A stretch of DNA of 64,000 bases from Paramecium tetraurelia (lineage: Eukaryota), in the NCBI GenBank assembly GCA_000165425.1, contig CT868607.1, positions 62,001 through 126,000 of the forward strand, in the 5' to 3' direction. The first letter of the stretch is position 1; every line of letters begins with the position of its first letter. The position numbers and the translations under genes were made by a program. Below, piece after piece: positions 24,936 to 40,163 of this stretch. Under the pieces are notes generated by a model that did no database searches, was not told the origin of the DNA, and saw only the letters and a list, made by a program, of their open reading frames with translations.

Positions 24936-27683
24936 ATGAACATTCTTTATCAACGCATATACAATCAGTTCTCAATCATCGCTCCTTCCAATTTGACCCA
25001 ACAATTGGAATCCATTCAAGTGGACAAAGAATACATCACCAACATCACAGTCATTGTAGGCACACATGAATGTAAAAAGAAAACCCATCATTTAAGAATC
25101 AATGATTAAATGCTCTTAAAGATCGAGAAGGATTCTGCTAAACCTCCAATCACAGACTTGTCATTCTATTATCTTGACCTTCACGATTCAAAGTTAAAGT
25201 TGACTCACGATCTCCACATCTGCACTATCCAAGAAGATGATTCCAAATGGCATTACCAAAATGGCAATCTAGATTTCACTTACGATCTCTCCAAAGTCTT
25301 TGGCTACTCATCCAATCATAAGACAGCCTTAATACTCTGCTATAAAACCGATCCAATGCAAGATCCTTGGAGTGATCTCATCCTCATATCCAAGAACCAG
25401 CTTCCCCCAGAGGGATTTTACAAGTTGCCCCAATCCATACAGAATTCCTACCTAGCCTATTCATTGGCCAATACATACCACTCAGCCAAATACCAATTTG
25501 AAATCACTGACTCATACCCCCAAAATAACGATAAACCAGAATTGGCTATGTTTTGCTTTCCCAATGGCATATCCCTATATAGGAATAACTAATTCCCAAA
25601 ATACAATCACTACATTTTGACATCAGAAACTGGAGAACGAACTTATTGTACTGCATTAATATTTTGTGAATAAAATTTGAAAGGTTTTCATGAAATGGCT
25701 ATTGTGTTATCATCCAATTATTGCTATTCAGAATAATCATTGGAATTGCTTAAAAATTTATATTAAATTTATATTGCTAAAAATGTTTTACCTTTAGAAA
25801 GATACATTTGTAATATAGTTGATGAAATTGTTCTTCCTCAGGATCCAGCTGAAACTTATATTTATAATGGGGCCAAACAGATATTCTTCTTTTAATCAAA
25901 CTGTTTTCCATTATGCTCAAATCAAGCCTTTCAATGTCTATTTGCAGTCTTAAACAAAAAGAACATTGTCTTGTTATATTTCGCTTTACTTTATGAGAAG
26001 AAAATCTAGCTCATCAGTTCCAAACCTGTAATCAGTTCATTGGTCATTGAAGCCTTGTTGACTCTCCTATACCCTTTTGAATTCACCCACATTTTGATCT
26101 CTAATTTACCCGAAGATCTAGAATAATATCTTGAAGCTCCCCTTCCTTACTTAATTGGGATTAACAAAAAACAAGCTGAAAAGTATCCAGACGCTATTCA
26201 AGTCTTCTTGGATTCAAATAATATCAAGCAGAGTCAAACAATTGATGTTCCTGAAGATATTTTTGATAAGTTTGTTTTAAAACTAAAGGAATTTGACAAA
26301 TACTACAATCCAGGACTAATAGAGACAATTGGTGATGCTTTCCCTATGCCCAGAGAAGATGAGTTAGAAATGATTGATCAATATCAAGTAAGAGAAGTGT
26401 TCTTAAGATTCAATATTTTCTTATTACAAGACTACAAGAAGTTTATTGATAAGTAAGTTTTCAAAGAGAAGTTGTTTGTCAAAAGCAAATAAAGGATCAA
26501 GCAATTTTTGGAACCCTTTATGGAGACTAGGCTATTTACATTTTTTATCCAAGTGAGGATGTAACTCTCACAAAATGATAGTTAATTAGAGTATTTTGAT
26601 GATTGTCTTAAAAATCCTAAGGGCGATCATTTCACTCTCCCAGTATAGATTTTCAAAGATTATTTGAAACCCAACGACGAGGGCTTTAAGAAGGATAAAC
26701 ACTTTTAATATTGTACATTCCCTCTCAAACTCAACGACTAATTCTTTTCAAAACCCAGATTAGAATTCCTGAAACATGAAAATCCATTTTCTGTTTATCT
26801 GTTTCCGAAGACCTAAATAGATATCCTCAGATTTGAGTTGGCTCACATCTACAAACAGTGGTTTAGATTCTTGGTCTATAGGATAGAAGAAGGTAAGATA
26901 GACCTTAAGGATTTGGTTAAATACAGTATTCATCTCTTAAAGGAAATGAAATAGAATAATTTGTATATTGATTCCGATATCTTCAAGTATGCTATGATTG
27001 CTTGTGCTCATTATCAAATGAATGATTTGGCATTGTAATTTATATAGTAGATGAGACTATTGGGCTATCAGAAATAGATTTAAATATATCAATATTATTT
27101 TTAGACTTTACAAAACCATAAAAAATAGAAGAAGGCTCAACAAGTCATTCAATAAACTACCAATCCTAGTAGCAGATCTTTGAGTAATAGACAATCAGAT
27201 TACAAATTTTATTTGGATGCCAAATGTCCCAGATGTGGTAGACGATATGCAATAGAGGATATCTTGGCTTCATTCATATAAGACAATATGGAATGCAAAT
27301 CTAACGGTACATTGGGGTGTAATAATAAATTTGATGTCTAATTATTTTTCAATGACAAGGTTCATTATCTAAAGAAGCCATCCAAAATAGAGAAAGAGGA
27401 TAAAATTATTAATATGTATTACTTCTATCTGATTGGATTACCATATCGATTTGTCAAGAATCAATCAGATGATGACATCGTATATAGTTCAAAAAAGATA
27501 CCGATTTATGTAGATTATGGAGGTCTTTATACCGATGAAAATGACGAATGCCCCACTAATTATATCTTGAAGGTGGTGCTTGAAGTGTTTGGGATGTTTA
27601 TGGAAAGAATGAGGGAAATCATACAAAAATAGGAAATACCAAAAGGGAAGCATCAGAGGAGAGTGTCTGACTTATCAGATTGA
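24936..27683 (+). CDS. DENN-domain Rab GEF with DENND4-like architecture
   Basis: uDENN LAMFCFPNG, DENN ILTSETGERTYCTAL and LEAPLPYLIG, dDENN FMETRLFTFFI. N-terminal PITDL/PPEGF repeats (MABP-like) and a PPR-like helix. Confidence 0.88.
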
Positions 27684-28066
27684 ATATATATCATATATAT
27701 ATTGCATCATAAATTGTTATTATATATGATGGAAAAATATTGTTTTGATAAATTGGAATATTCTAAATTACAGTATTTTAATTAATTAATTTATTTGAAT
27801 AAAATAATATGCTCTATCATGTATGATAGAACCCAATTTATTTTTGATCTGTGCTTTGTTAATCAAAATGACACTTAAGATTCGTTTGATTAGTTGTCAT
27901 AACGAAAATTGATAATTTAACTAGATTGTATAAGTTAATTAAAAAGTAATGCTATTTGGGTATTAAATATTGAAGTGGTAATATTTAGTGAATGACGGAA
28001 AATGATAGATTTCTTATGTGAGTGATTCTATAAATATGAAAAAATTGTTTAATAATTATTTATAAA

Positions 28067-30547
28067 ATGGGAGTTTGTATAAGTAACAACCAATCAGCAT
28101 AAACCGAAATTGCAATTGAGTAAATGCTTCCGTCATAATTGATTAAGCCTAATCAATCCTTGTCTAATTCAGTGGTGGAAGTAGATAAATATCGGAACTA
28201 TAATAGCTGCGGAGAGGAGAGAGGAAGCGTTAAGCCAAAATAGAGGTAGCTGAGGAACAAACTCATGAGAATGTAAGTAAATAACAAAAAGAGAAAAGTC
28301 CCTTTGACTTTCAAATGATTTTGAATGCATTTGGCAATCATTTTATGTTTGCTCAAATGGATAATAATGACAAGTAATGATAATGGTAATTCAGAGCAAA
28401 ACTGATAGAGGAAATGTATTATGTTACAACGAAAGATTAGGAGTTCATATTTAAGCAGGGGGAGAAGGCAACATTATTTTTCATAATTGGTAGATTTGAT
28501 AATTTATGAAGAACGAGGCTAATGTTAGATAATAATAAATGGGGAGAAAAAGAGGATATTGAAGCCATCTGAATTTTTCGGAGAATTGGCTTTGATGTAT
28601 CATGCTCCCCGTTCAGCTTCTGTGTGTGCAATTGGAGATTGCGGATTTTGGGTTTTAGAGAGGAATAAGTTTAGAAAGGCAGTTGAAGATATCTAGCAAA
28701 AGGCTTATGAAACCAATAGAGAATTTCTCATTTAAGTAAAATTCTTTGGTAAAATTGTCGGTCATCATAGATTTCATGACTGAAGAATAGAGAGATAGCA
28801 TTGCAAATGTCTTAATCACATTAAAATTCAAGTAAGGAGAATCTATAGTAAATGAGGGTGATATGGCAAATTCATTTTATATCATTTAGAAAGGAACTGT
28901 TCAAGTGATCAAGTAAGGACAAATCTTAAGGCAAATGAATCAAGGAGAGTCTTTTGGTGAATAAGCTCTATTTGGGAATTGCGTAAGAGGGGCAACAGTC
29001 AAAGCACACGATTCAGATGTCAATCTCTTATCTTTAAGTAGAGAGGACATTACAACTATCTTGGGAGAGAAGATTCAGGTACAGTATTAGTATTATTTAG
29101 TCACATAGTTAATTATTTACACCAATATGCAGAAATGGGCATTTGAAAAACACCCATAATTAAGGGATTTAACTAAAATGCAAATCTAAAAGATTGTTTC
29201 AAATTTCAAGATCAAAACATATGAGAGTAATGATTACATCTTTAAAATCAATTAATTGGTGGATAAATTGATTATTATCCTTGATGGACAATTGGAATTT
29301 GAAGGTCAATTATATAACAATGGTTAACTCTTTGGAGATAAATATTTATAAATGGATGAGCAAAAGAGAAAAATAAATAATGACATTAAAACTACGAGAA
29401 AAACTACATTGTCAGAACTTTCCTATCATTAATTCTTTGAATGCATAGGTGGGAAATTGGAAATTGTTGTTAAGAAAAACAAGGATCGCTTTAATTATAT
29501 TTCGAGCTCAATCGAAAAAAGATAAAGCAATTACTCCTTGCTTACCTTAGAAGATTTCATCGGATTAAAATTACTAGGGGAAGGAACCTTTGGAAATGCT
29601 TATCTAGTTAAGGATATACCCTAATAAAGTATGCATGTCATGAAATGTGTCCCTAAAGTCAATGTCATTGCAAACAATACAGAGAGACATATCAAAAACG
29701 AGAAATATGTGTTAGAATTGCTTCATCATTCGAATTTAGTGTGTTTTCGTAGATCGTTTAAGGATTAGAATTACATATACTTATTAACAGAGTACATTCA
29801 GGGGAAGGAATTGTTTCATGTGATTAGGGAAATTGGACTATTGAATTCCTATGAAACCTAGTTTTATATTGCTTAAATGATAACCATCTTAGAGAAAATG
29901 CATTCCCAAAATATTATTTATAGAGATGTCAAACCAGAAAATTTTATAGTTATGGAAAATGGTTACATCAAATTGATTGATATGGGTACTGCCAAGGTCT
30001 TAAAGTCAAAGGCCTCCAAAACTTATACAGTTGTTGGGACTCCCCATTACATGTCTCCGGATATCTTGAAGGGTAAGGGTTACAGTTTTTCAACCGATCT
30101 TTGGTCCTTAGGGATTTGCTTCTATGAACTTATGTGTGGAGAAGTGCCATTTGGTGGAGATGAAGAAGACGACCCGTATTTTATTCTCTTATCTAGATTT
30201 ATTATAGAGGAAGCCATTTTAAATGGGAAATTGGAGTATCCCCAAATCTTGAAGGATTTCAAGGCTATCAAATTAATGGATCAATTGATGAATCGGACAC
30301 CTGAATTGAGATTGGGAGGGTCTTATGATGCCTTGAAAGTGCATCCTTGGTTCGATGGCTTCTAGTGGGTAATCTTGGATCATTATAAATAAAGGAAGAT
30401 TTAGAGGCTTCGCTGATAAAACCACCATACATTCCGAAATTATAGTAAATGGCCTATGAACATATGCCATTTCTAGACATGATCAAAAGAGATACTAGCC
30501 CAGAAATGATTTGCACTTAATAGGTTGACTGGGATCAAGACTTTTGA
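28067..30547 (+). CDS. cGMP-dependent protein kinase (alveolate-type, multiple cNMP domains)
   Basis: N-terminal MGVCIS acylation motif; cNMP sites FGELALMYHAPRSAS and FGEQALFGNCVRGAT plus a degenerate third. Kinase motifs GEGTFG, YRDVKPEN, DMG, GTPHYMSP; C-terminus DWDQDF. Confidence 0.9.
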
Positions 30548-30708
30548 AAGTATTTCTCACCAGAATGATAGGTCTTTTCTTATATTTTTTATCAACATAT
30601 TTTAGCTACTCTTACTTCCAACATATTTTATTATTATATAATTTATACCACAAGAATTTATCAACTGAAATATATTGAGATTGGTTAGTTTATATAATAA
30701 TAAAAATT

Positions 30709-31104
30709 ATGTATTAAAGAAAGAGGGTTAAAACTGTCTTAGATTACAATAAAATCGAAAGAGATCTGCCCAAGTGCGAATTATCTGAATAAGAAAAATC
30801 CATTGTGGGTTAAGCCATACGAGAAAGAAAGTTTAATCTAAGAACAAGGATCAAATCAGTTAACTCGAAAGCAGAACTCTGCAAAAATTATAGAGAATAT
30901 GAGGATAAGATGAAACTCTCAATTGCTTAAATTGTTGATTACGAATACAAATAATCTAAATAAAGTGTGTCAACTGTAAAACATAAAGGTTAATTTACAA
31001 CAATATTTTCCATTCAAAAACCAAAGTATGACCCATCTATTGTCTATGGATCATAAAATAATAGAAGAGTGGTTCAAATAAAGGAAATACTTAGAAAGCT
31101 ATGA
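30709..31104 (+). CDS. Hypothetical basic protein (131 aa)
   Basis: Intronless code-6 ORF MYQRKRVKTVLDY...IKEILRKL-TGA flanked by AT-rich intergenic DNA. Confidence 0.6.
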
Positions 31105-31622
31105 TTAATTAATTTTAAATTTAATCATATACTACAATCCATAACCATCTTGTGTTTCTCAATTTTGTTGTTTAGAGTGGAGAAAAGAATTTCTTCATTT
31201 TAATTTTAGTTAAGAAAGAGTCCAAAAAGGAGTCTTTCAAAATTCCTATTCATATTGATATATGAATAAAAGTAACTCTTCTAAAAGAGTTATGAATGTA
31301 TTTTTTTAATATCTTTTAAATAACTTGAAAATAAATAAAGTTTCAGTGATGTTCAAAGTACTCAAATGTCTTAATAGTACATAGTGTCAAATTTATTATC
31401 AGTATTATAGATGTTAAATAAATAAAATTAAGTAATCACATTAAGATTCCCATGTAAAATTAATGTAATTGAGATTTCAGTGTTCTCTTTTAGTCAATTT
31501 ATTCAAGTATTTTTTGAAGAAAAGGAGATGAAATATCTTACAAAAAGATGGATATAATAAATAGATATATATATGTTTTAATTAATAATTAAATAAATAA
31601 ATCAAAAAATAATAAACATATC

Positions 31623-33204
<1,582 letters not shown>

Positions 33205-33235
33205 TCAATTATTTTATTATTATAAATTTATTAAT

Positions 33236-34031
33236 ATGACAGAGCCCAAAGCACAATATGACGAGTTGTATAAAAGTATATTATTCGATTTTTCTTAGTT
33301 ATTTTGGTTGGGGATTCAAGTGTGGGGAAGACTAGTTTTTTGATTCGGTAGGAATTTAAATTCAAATTAGATTAACCAAAAATGTTATAAAAAAATAATC
33401 ACTACCTACAATAGGAGTTGAATACGCAGCCTAATCCATATTACTTGCAGATGTGGACAAGATAGTAAAATCTGTGATTTGGGATACAGCTGGAGCTGAA
33501 AAATACAAAGCTATTACAACAGCCCATTATCGCAAATCCGAGGGAGCTCTGTTGTTTTATGACTTATGTGACAAGAATTCATTTGATAATGTTTTGAGTT
33601 GGCGTTAAGAAGTAATTTTAACCAATTGAGTTCCAGATCTTACAACATACAGATGATAAGATTATGATAATGTTGATAGGGAATAAACTAGATTTGTTGC
33701 AAGACAATCCTCAGAATCGATGTGTTTCTGTAGAAGAAGTAGAGCAAATCTGTTAATAATACAACATGTTATATAATGAAACCTCAGCAAAGGAAGGAAC
33801 ACAAGTGAAAGAATGCTTTGAATAATTAATTAGGAGTATGTGAAAAACTGATAATTAGAAATATATGAATCCAAATAACTAAATGTGGAAGATGAGATAC
33901 CAGGCTAAAGATATGAAATAGATGATATTAAGTCTGAGAAAAAAACACAAGAATTTGCACAACCAAATGTTTTAGCTGTTCCAATTAAATAGAATAAAGA
34001 CACTACTGACACTTGCTGTGGAACTTTTTGA
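33236..34031 (+). CDS. Rab11-like small GTPase
   Basis: GDSSVGKT, PTIGVEY, WDTAGAEKYKAITTAHYR, GNKLDL, ETSAK and a C-terminal CCGTF prenylation motif; four mini-introns. Confidence 0.93.
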
Positions 34032-34041
34032 TTATAATTTA

Positions 34042-35869
34042 TCATTAATTAAACAACTGCTTTAATAAATCACAGCTACTTTCGATTAATGGTTTTATAG
34101 CAGGCACTGCAAAGATAGGCACTTCAAAATTCAAAAATCCATGATTTATCCCATTATATATGATCATCCTAAATTACTTATTCAACTTTCTTAATCTATT
34201 TACAAATTTTATAGTATCTCCAGTGAGACTATCCAATTCACCACACATGATTGTCATTTTAGGTAAGCTAATATTATTATACTAGTAATTACTGTTGTAA
34301 AAATGAATCCTCAGCTATCAATGGACTTAAGTAGGGATCAACATTAGGTGTTGCATTTGTATCCTTCAAGTACTCATGTAATGCTAATTTTAACACTGTA
34401 GCTGGAGCCACTTAATCAATCAAGCCTTATAATAAGTAAGGGTTGAATTAAGTAAAATCCAAATTGACAGCTGGATAAGCCATCAACAATCCATCAGGAA
34501 TTCTGACCCCATATTTGATTGCTCTGAAACAAACACCCAAAGCCATATTACCACCTGCAGAGTCTCCTGCTAAAATTATTTAATCGACTGTGATGTTAAG
34601 ATAGAACTGACTGAAATTGATGATCCATAAGTATAATTGCCATACATCCTCCAAAGCATATGGGTATCTATATTCAGGAGCCAATCTATAATCAATTGAG
34701 AATATTATAGTATCATCTCCTAAATAATTTGCCCATTTCCTTGTATAAGATTGATGACTAAATGAAGACATGGCTACCCATCCTCCACCATGAATATGTA
34801 GGACTACCTTTTTGATATTAGCATTCTTATTGTTCTATTAAATAACAGAGCTTATTTAATAATGCTCTGAACTTACTTCGACAACTTTCTAAACCAATTA
34901 GGAATAATCGACTTTTTTGTTTAAAATTACTTTATTTGCTGAAATAATCCTCACTTTTATTTTTTATTATTTTTATTTCAATGATAACTCATTGGCTTAA
35001 AGTTTATTGAATAGATCATCTACCATTTTGAAGCCCTTAAACTTCTCTTAAACATAGGTATTATTGTCATGATGGTATTTAAATTGTTAGTCTTCGAACA
35101 AAAAGGGCACATGAATTTTAAAGTGCGATTTCACCTTACAATTAGTCAGTTTCATAAAATTCTTGAAAAATGCTGAGTTGTTTTGAATACTCCATAAACC
35201 CTTAACAAATGAGAGTGATGGATTTGTGATTTCCTTGGTCTTGATATCTCTTGCTGTCTATTTCTTGACTAACATAACAGCCCCTCCCACATTCTGAACA
35301 ATCAAACTTATCAATGAATTTGAGTACTTTGTACCCAACGTACAGTAGGCTGCTCCCAGAGCTATATAATCATAAAACTGATCGAATTATTTAGACAACG
35401 ATAGTGGATCATCTAACTTATTTTAAATTTTCATCATACATTAACATATTCTATATGTCGATTTAATTAAATCCATTCCTCATCAGTTTAAGCCTTTACA
35501 AAATAAATCGTCCAAAGGCACCTTCACCACATTTGGGATGAACTCTCTTATCTAATCTATAGACACTCACATTACCAATGATAGCCTCTTGATTACGTAG
35601 TTAAAATTCAATTCATATTTTTTTATTTCCTTAACGACATCTTGACAATTAAACAGAATGTCTAGGTCTTACAAAAATGGGTGTATGATCTTGTCAGTAA
35701 TGAAGATCAGGCATTGTTCATAGAGAGGGTGATTGGCTTTATGGAGTTCTAATTCCTTCTGACACTAATTTATTTCATTGATCCATTCTTAATGACCTTC
35801 TACTTGACTTAAAAGAAGCTAGCATTTTTAGAGAAAATAAAGCGTATTGCATATTACATTATCATTCAT
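34042..35869 (-). CDS. Hormone-sensitive lipase-like (GDXG) esterase
   Basis: [32 protein letters not shown] and HGF catalytic motifs. Confidence 0.9.
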
Positions 35870-36020
35870 TGTTTTTAATAATATTCAATAATATTATTAA
35901 AACCTATAATTTGAATGGATATTTGGTATTAATTAATTATAATGAATGATGAAATATCATATAATATTATATATATAAATTAATAATTATTAAGAAATCG
36001 TATTGAATATAAATGAATGA

Positions 36021-37379
36021 TCATACTTGGTAGTTAATTACCAAAGGTTTATATGAGTTATTAATTGCATAAACAATTGAACTTCTCTTTCCTATTTAGA
36101 TTTATGTTCTCCTCAATTTAAGATTCAATGAATAATATTGTGTAATATGATTTACGAAGGATATCAAGATGTACAAATATACTTTATATATAATGAATTA
36201 GAATATTAATAGATGGCTAGGTAATGCAACTAGACTAAATCTCTATTATTTAAATACTTCATTAAGTGAGATGTATAATAAATTATAAAATTGTAAAGGA
36301 TCTATTCCTTAACCCTTTATCGATTAACAATAAGAAGTTTTATCTAATTTTGTTGAGATATGATGTATAAAACAATATTTGTCAATCAGTTAATATAAGT
36401 TTGACTATGGATTCTCTTATGCCTGGCAGAGTATCTAAATTATGATTGGAAAAGGATTTCAAAATTCTTTCGATGTTGGTATGACATTGCTATACTGTGT
36501 AAGCTCCTTTGTACTATTGTTATTTTGTTTGTAATGTTTTGCAATCAGACCGCTATAAATCTGTTGAATCCTCATCTTCACTGGCTGAGATATCAAATTG
36601 TTCTGATCCATCTTATGAACTATCTATATCATTCGGAGATGATATCACATCCACTGATGAAGTATCTTCCTATAACTTTATTTTCTTCTATTACAATAAC
36701 TATTAAATCATAATAATGTTTACATATTAATATCTGTCTATGCAGCTCTGTGGGTTCTTCTCTTGGAATCTGGGAGTGATTTGATTCCATGCTCCTTTAT
36801 ATATTTTATATGCTATCCAAAGCATTTTATCATCCATGGCATTCCAGACATTCTAGTATTGATTTTACACTTATTTCTAGTATTGTTCTCTCTTCTGCTG
36901 TTACTGCTGTTGTTGTTATTGAATTTGTAACAATTTATTTGGTTATTTAGCTAACACTTCTTAAAATTATTGTAAATGCATTGATTCGCTAGAGGAGTCT
37001 TCGTTGTAATCAAATTTAGGATTATATCTTCTGGGTATTTCTTTTCTTTATTTCATTTATTTTTTCATCTTTTGTAAGTGGTTATCTTTATCAGAAAAGT
37101 CTTCTCTTGCTAAGGCTTCTAATCTCATTAGGGTTTCTTCTTTCTATATATACTATTCAATTATATTACATGCTTGAGTATTTTCCATCTTGCTTAACAT
37201 TGCCTTGAGTCCTTAGATGGAATCTCATCTTGGATTTTAGTCCATTGAGTTCCATATTTTCTTATTGCTTTTAATAGCAACTCGTCTTCGACTTCCTTCC
37301 ATTTTTTCCTTGTTGGCAGTAGTCTATTTCTTTCATGTCCATCATTTTTTTGACAGAAATCTAAGAATTCGTTAATCAT
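36021..37379 (-). CDS. Myb/SANT two-repeat protein
   Basis: WKEVEDELLLKAIRKYGTQWTKIQDEIPSKDSRQCQARW and a second repeat WNAMDDKMLWIAYKIYKGAWNQI...SCIDRY. Confidence 0.8.
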
Positions 37380-37907
37380 AAATAATTGAATGAGTCTTGG
37401 TTCACATTATCACTTTATTAGAAAATTTATTTAATGATTATTTTATCTAATATAAAAATTGTTATAATTATTTTGTTTCATATATATTTCAACCCTAATT
37501 AGTATAAATATTGCCATCTCAATTTAATTTTAATCCCAATTCATATTTCAATAGTAATAGGGTGGATCAACTTCAATTCTGAATATTTGTTATGAATCTA
37601 GTTGTTTTCACCTTTAATTTAATGATATCTGTCTAAATTTTTGATTTATGCAAACCATACAGAAAAAATAAGTTATATTAAAATTAATCGAAATATCAAA
37701 ATCTTTAATATTCATATGTCTAAATTAAGCAATATATAAAAACATTCATTTAATTATACTTCTAGTATTAGATCTGTTAATTTGATAATCCTAATTATTA
37801 AATGAGAACTATGTTCTATGAGTTGATTAACCATACATTTTTGGCTTTAAAATTAGCTATTATATTCATATATTAATGTAATTATGCAGTAAATATAAAA
37901 TTATATC

Positions 37908-39891
37908 TCAACTAATATTGTTTGATCTTTTGACAACTCTTTATAAAATATCAGCCAAATTATTTAGCTCGGATATGTATCTAAATAAAGTTATTGATTT
38001 AATACCCTCTTGGGATTGAAGTAACTTCTTAAGTTGATAGAGATTGGAAATGGGATGTCATCCTTACAATATCTGTTAAGGGGAACTTCTCCACATATCT
38101 ATTTGATAATTGAGGAGAGTGATTTCTTTGAAAAGTTTGTTATTTAGGAGGATTGAATGTATCCTTAAAGGAGAAGGATTATTTATTATCAAATAGAGTA
38201 TTCTTGTTACTTTTAGAATAAAGAAAATTAGATTGATTGTTATCAAACAATCCTTTTTAAGTTTCATTGACATATTTATAAAAGCCTGGTTTGTCTCCAG
38301 TTGAAGAAATTTTATTTGTGATTGACTTATTTTAGAGAATCAATTAGACATCTAGACGATTGTCCCAGTTTTTGAATCTTTCTAGTTTTTCTTTTGATTT
38401 TTGAGGGGAATCTTTATATCCTGATCCAAGAGTATTCTATCTAGCAGGTTTAGGAAATGATGTAAATGAATTATCGAAGTAATCATTTCTTGGTGATCTC
38501 TTAAACAACTATTCAACTTTGTCTTTATTATGTTTTGTTTACGGTCCTTTAGAAGTAAAGATTTCTTCATAATTTAAACCTCCAAGTAGTTTTGACTTTT
38601 TTGGTGATTTCCTACTGACTTTCTATTAGTCTCTATAACGATGTTAACATAGATAAATACAATACGACTCTCTCAGCTTTGCTCCAAGAGGCAAATAAAG
38701 AAGAGGACTTTTCTTGAGGTTAAGCAAAGGGTTCTCTTGATGAGACATTTGTTCTAACATCCCTTCTGTAATCAGCCAATTGTTTTGTGTTCATTTAATT
38801 AGTGGCTTAGAAGGTAGCAAATCCAGTTGAACTATTTGATTTTTCATATCTAGATTGCTTCTATGGTGAAAATAGTGAAGGTGAACGCATGTTAAGCAAA
38901 TATGAGTTATAACAAACAAAAATTAATAATAAAAATTATTTTTAATAAAAACTCATTTACACCAATCAAACTAATTATCAACAGTTATTCTTTCCTATTA
39001 ACAAATAGTATCGAGCAAGCCTCTCAAATATTTATAATTAGGTTCTTCCTCAAATTCTAAATTTCTAGCGTGTTTTAATATTAAACCAAATTCTTTGGGG
39101 ACTCCTTTGCATAATTCATCATATGTTGTGGTCATCTTCTTCTCCATAATTCTTTCATATCTTGAAAAATGATAAGGATAAATTACTTTTCTCTCTTATT
39201 TTTTGCTCTCATATTTTACCAAGGCAAAGTCGATTTGAGAAAATAAAATAATACATATGCCATACATTCAATATCGTCTCTTCTACTTTACTCTAATGAA
39301 TATTTACTAAAACACATTACCTACACCCAAATGAGTGTTTAAGCTGCAATATCTAGCTGTTCCAGTCAATGTCTTCGATTCTCTATAAGGAATGTGTCCA
39401 TTCTCTTTAATGAATCGTTTTGCCAATCCAAAGTCTAAGATGTATATTTTATTTTATTTATTGGTCTTCCCAATCAAAAAGTTATCAGGCTTGATATCTC
39501 TATGTATGATGCCTTTAGAATGAATGAATTCGATTCTCTCCAAAAATTGTAATCCAATCATCACAACTGTTTTTAAAGAAAACTTTTTTTTCTTTGACAC
39601 AAATATTTCTTCTAAGGATGACCCTAATAGATCCATGACCATAAAAGTATAGCCGCCTTCCTCTGATGTGTAATAGACATGAGGTATGCCTCTATCAATA
39701 CTTGAATTATCTGCCAATAATCTTTTATAAATTTCGTGTTCATATCTCAACTAAGGACATTAAGAAGAGATGGGCTCTAATTTTATAGCTACTTCAATGT
39801 TATTTTTTGTGTTCACTCCCAGGTAGATATCTCCGAAAGCACCAGAACCTAGCTTTTTTTTTAATTCAAAGTTTTATCCAATTTTTTGCAT
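37908..39891 (-). CDS. Casein kinase 1 with long Ser/Gln-rich C-terminal extension
   Basis: [65 protein letters not shown]. Confidence 0.93.
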
Positions 39892-40163
39892 TAAAAGCTT
39901 TTTATTAATTAAAATAAGGTTCTAATCAAACCACTCATTTATATAATGTATGTAATTTATCTTAATCTCAAATTATAATCCTAGTAAATGTATATATTAC
40001 GGTCTTTTATAAGAATAATTTAATATATTTCAAATTGAGATTAAAACATATGAGGAATACCTAGAATTTGCAAAACCTATATTTAATCTCAATTGTTATT
40101 AAATGATATAGATTATACAATCATATATAGAGTAAATTATGATGAGTGTTTTATATTAAAATA

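Noticed and set aside
29080..29107. TA-bounded 26-nt segment starting TACAGT, like a retained IES
   Set aside because: Excision would frameshift PKG and the right end does not fit the IES consensus; a 30-nt GT..AG intron explains it in frame.
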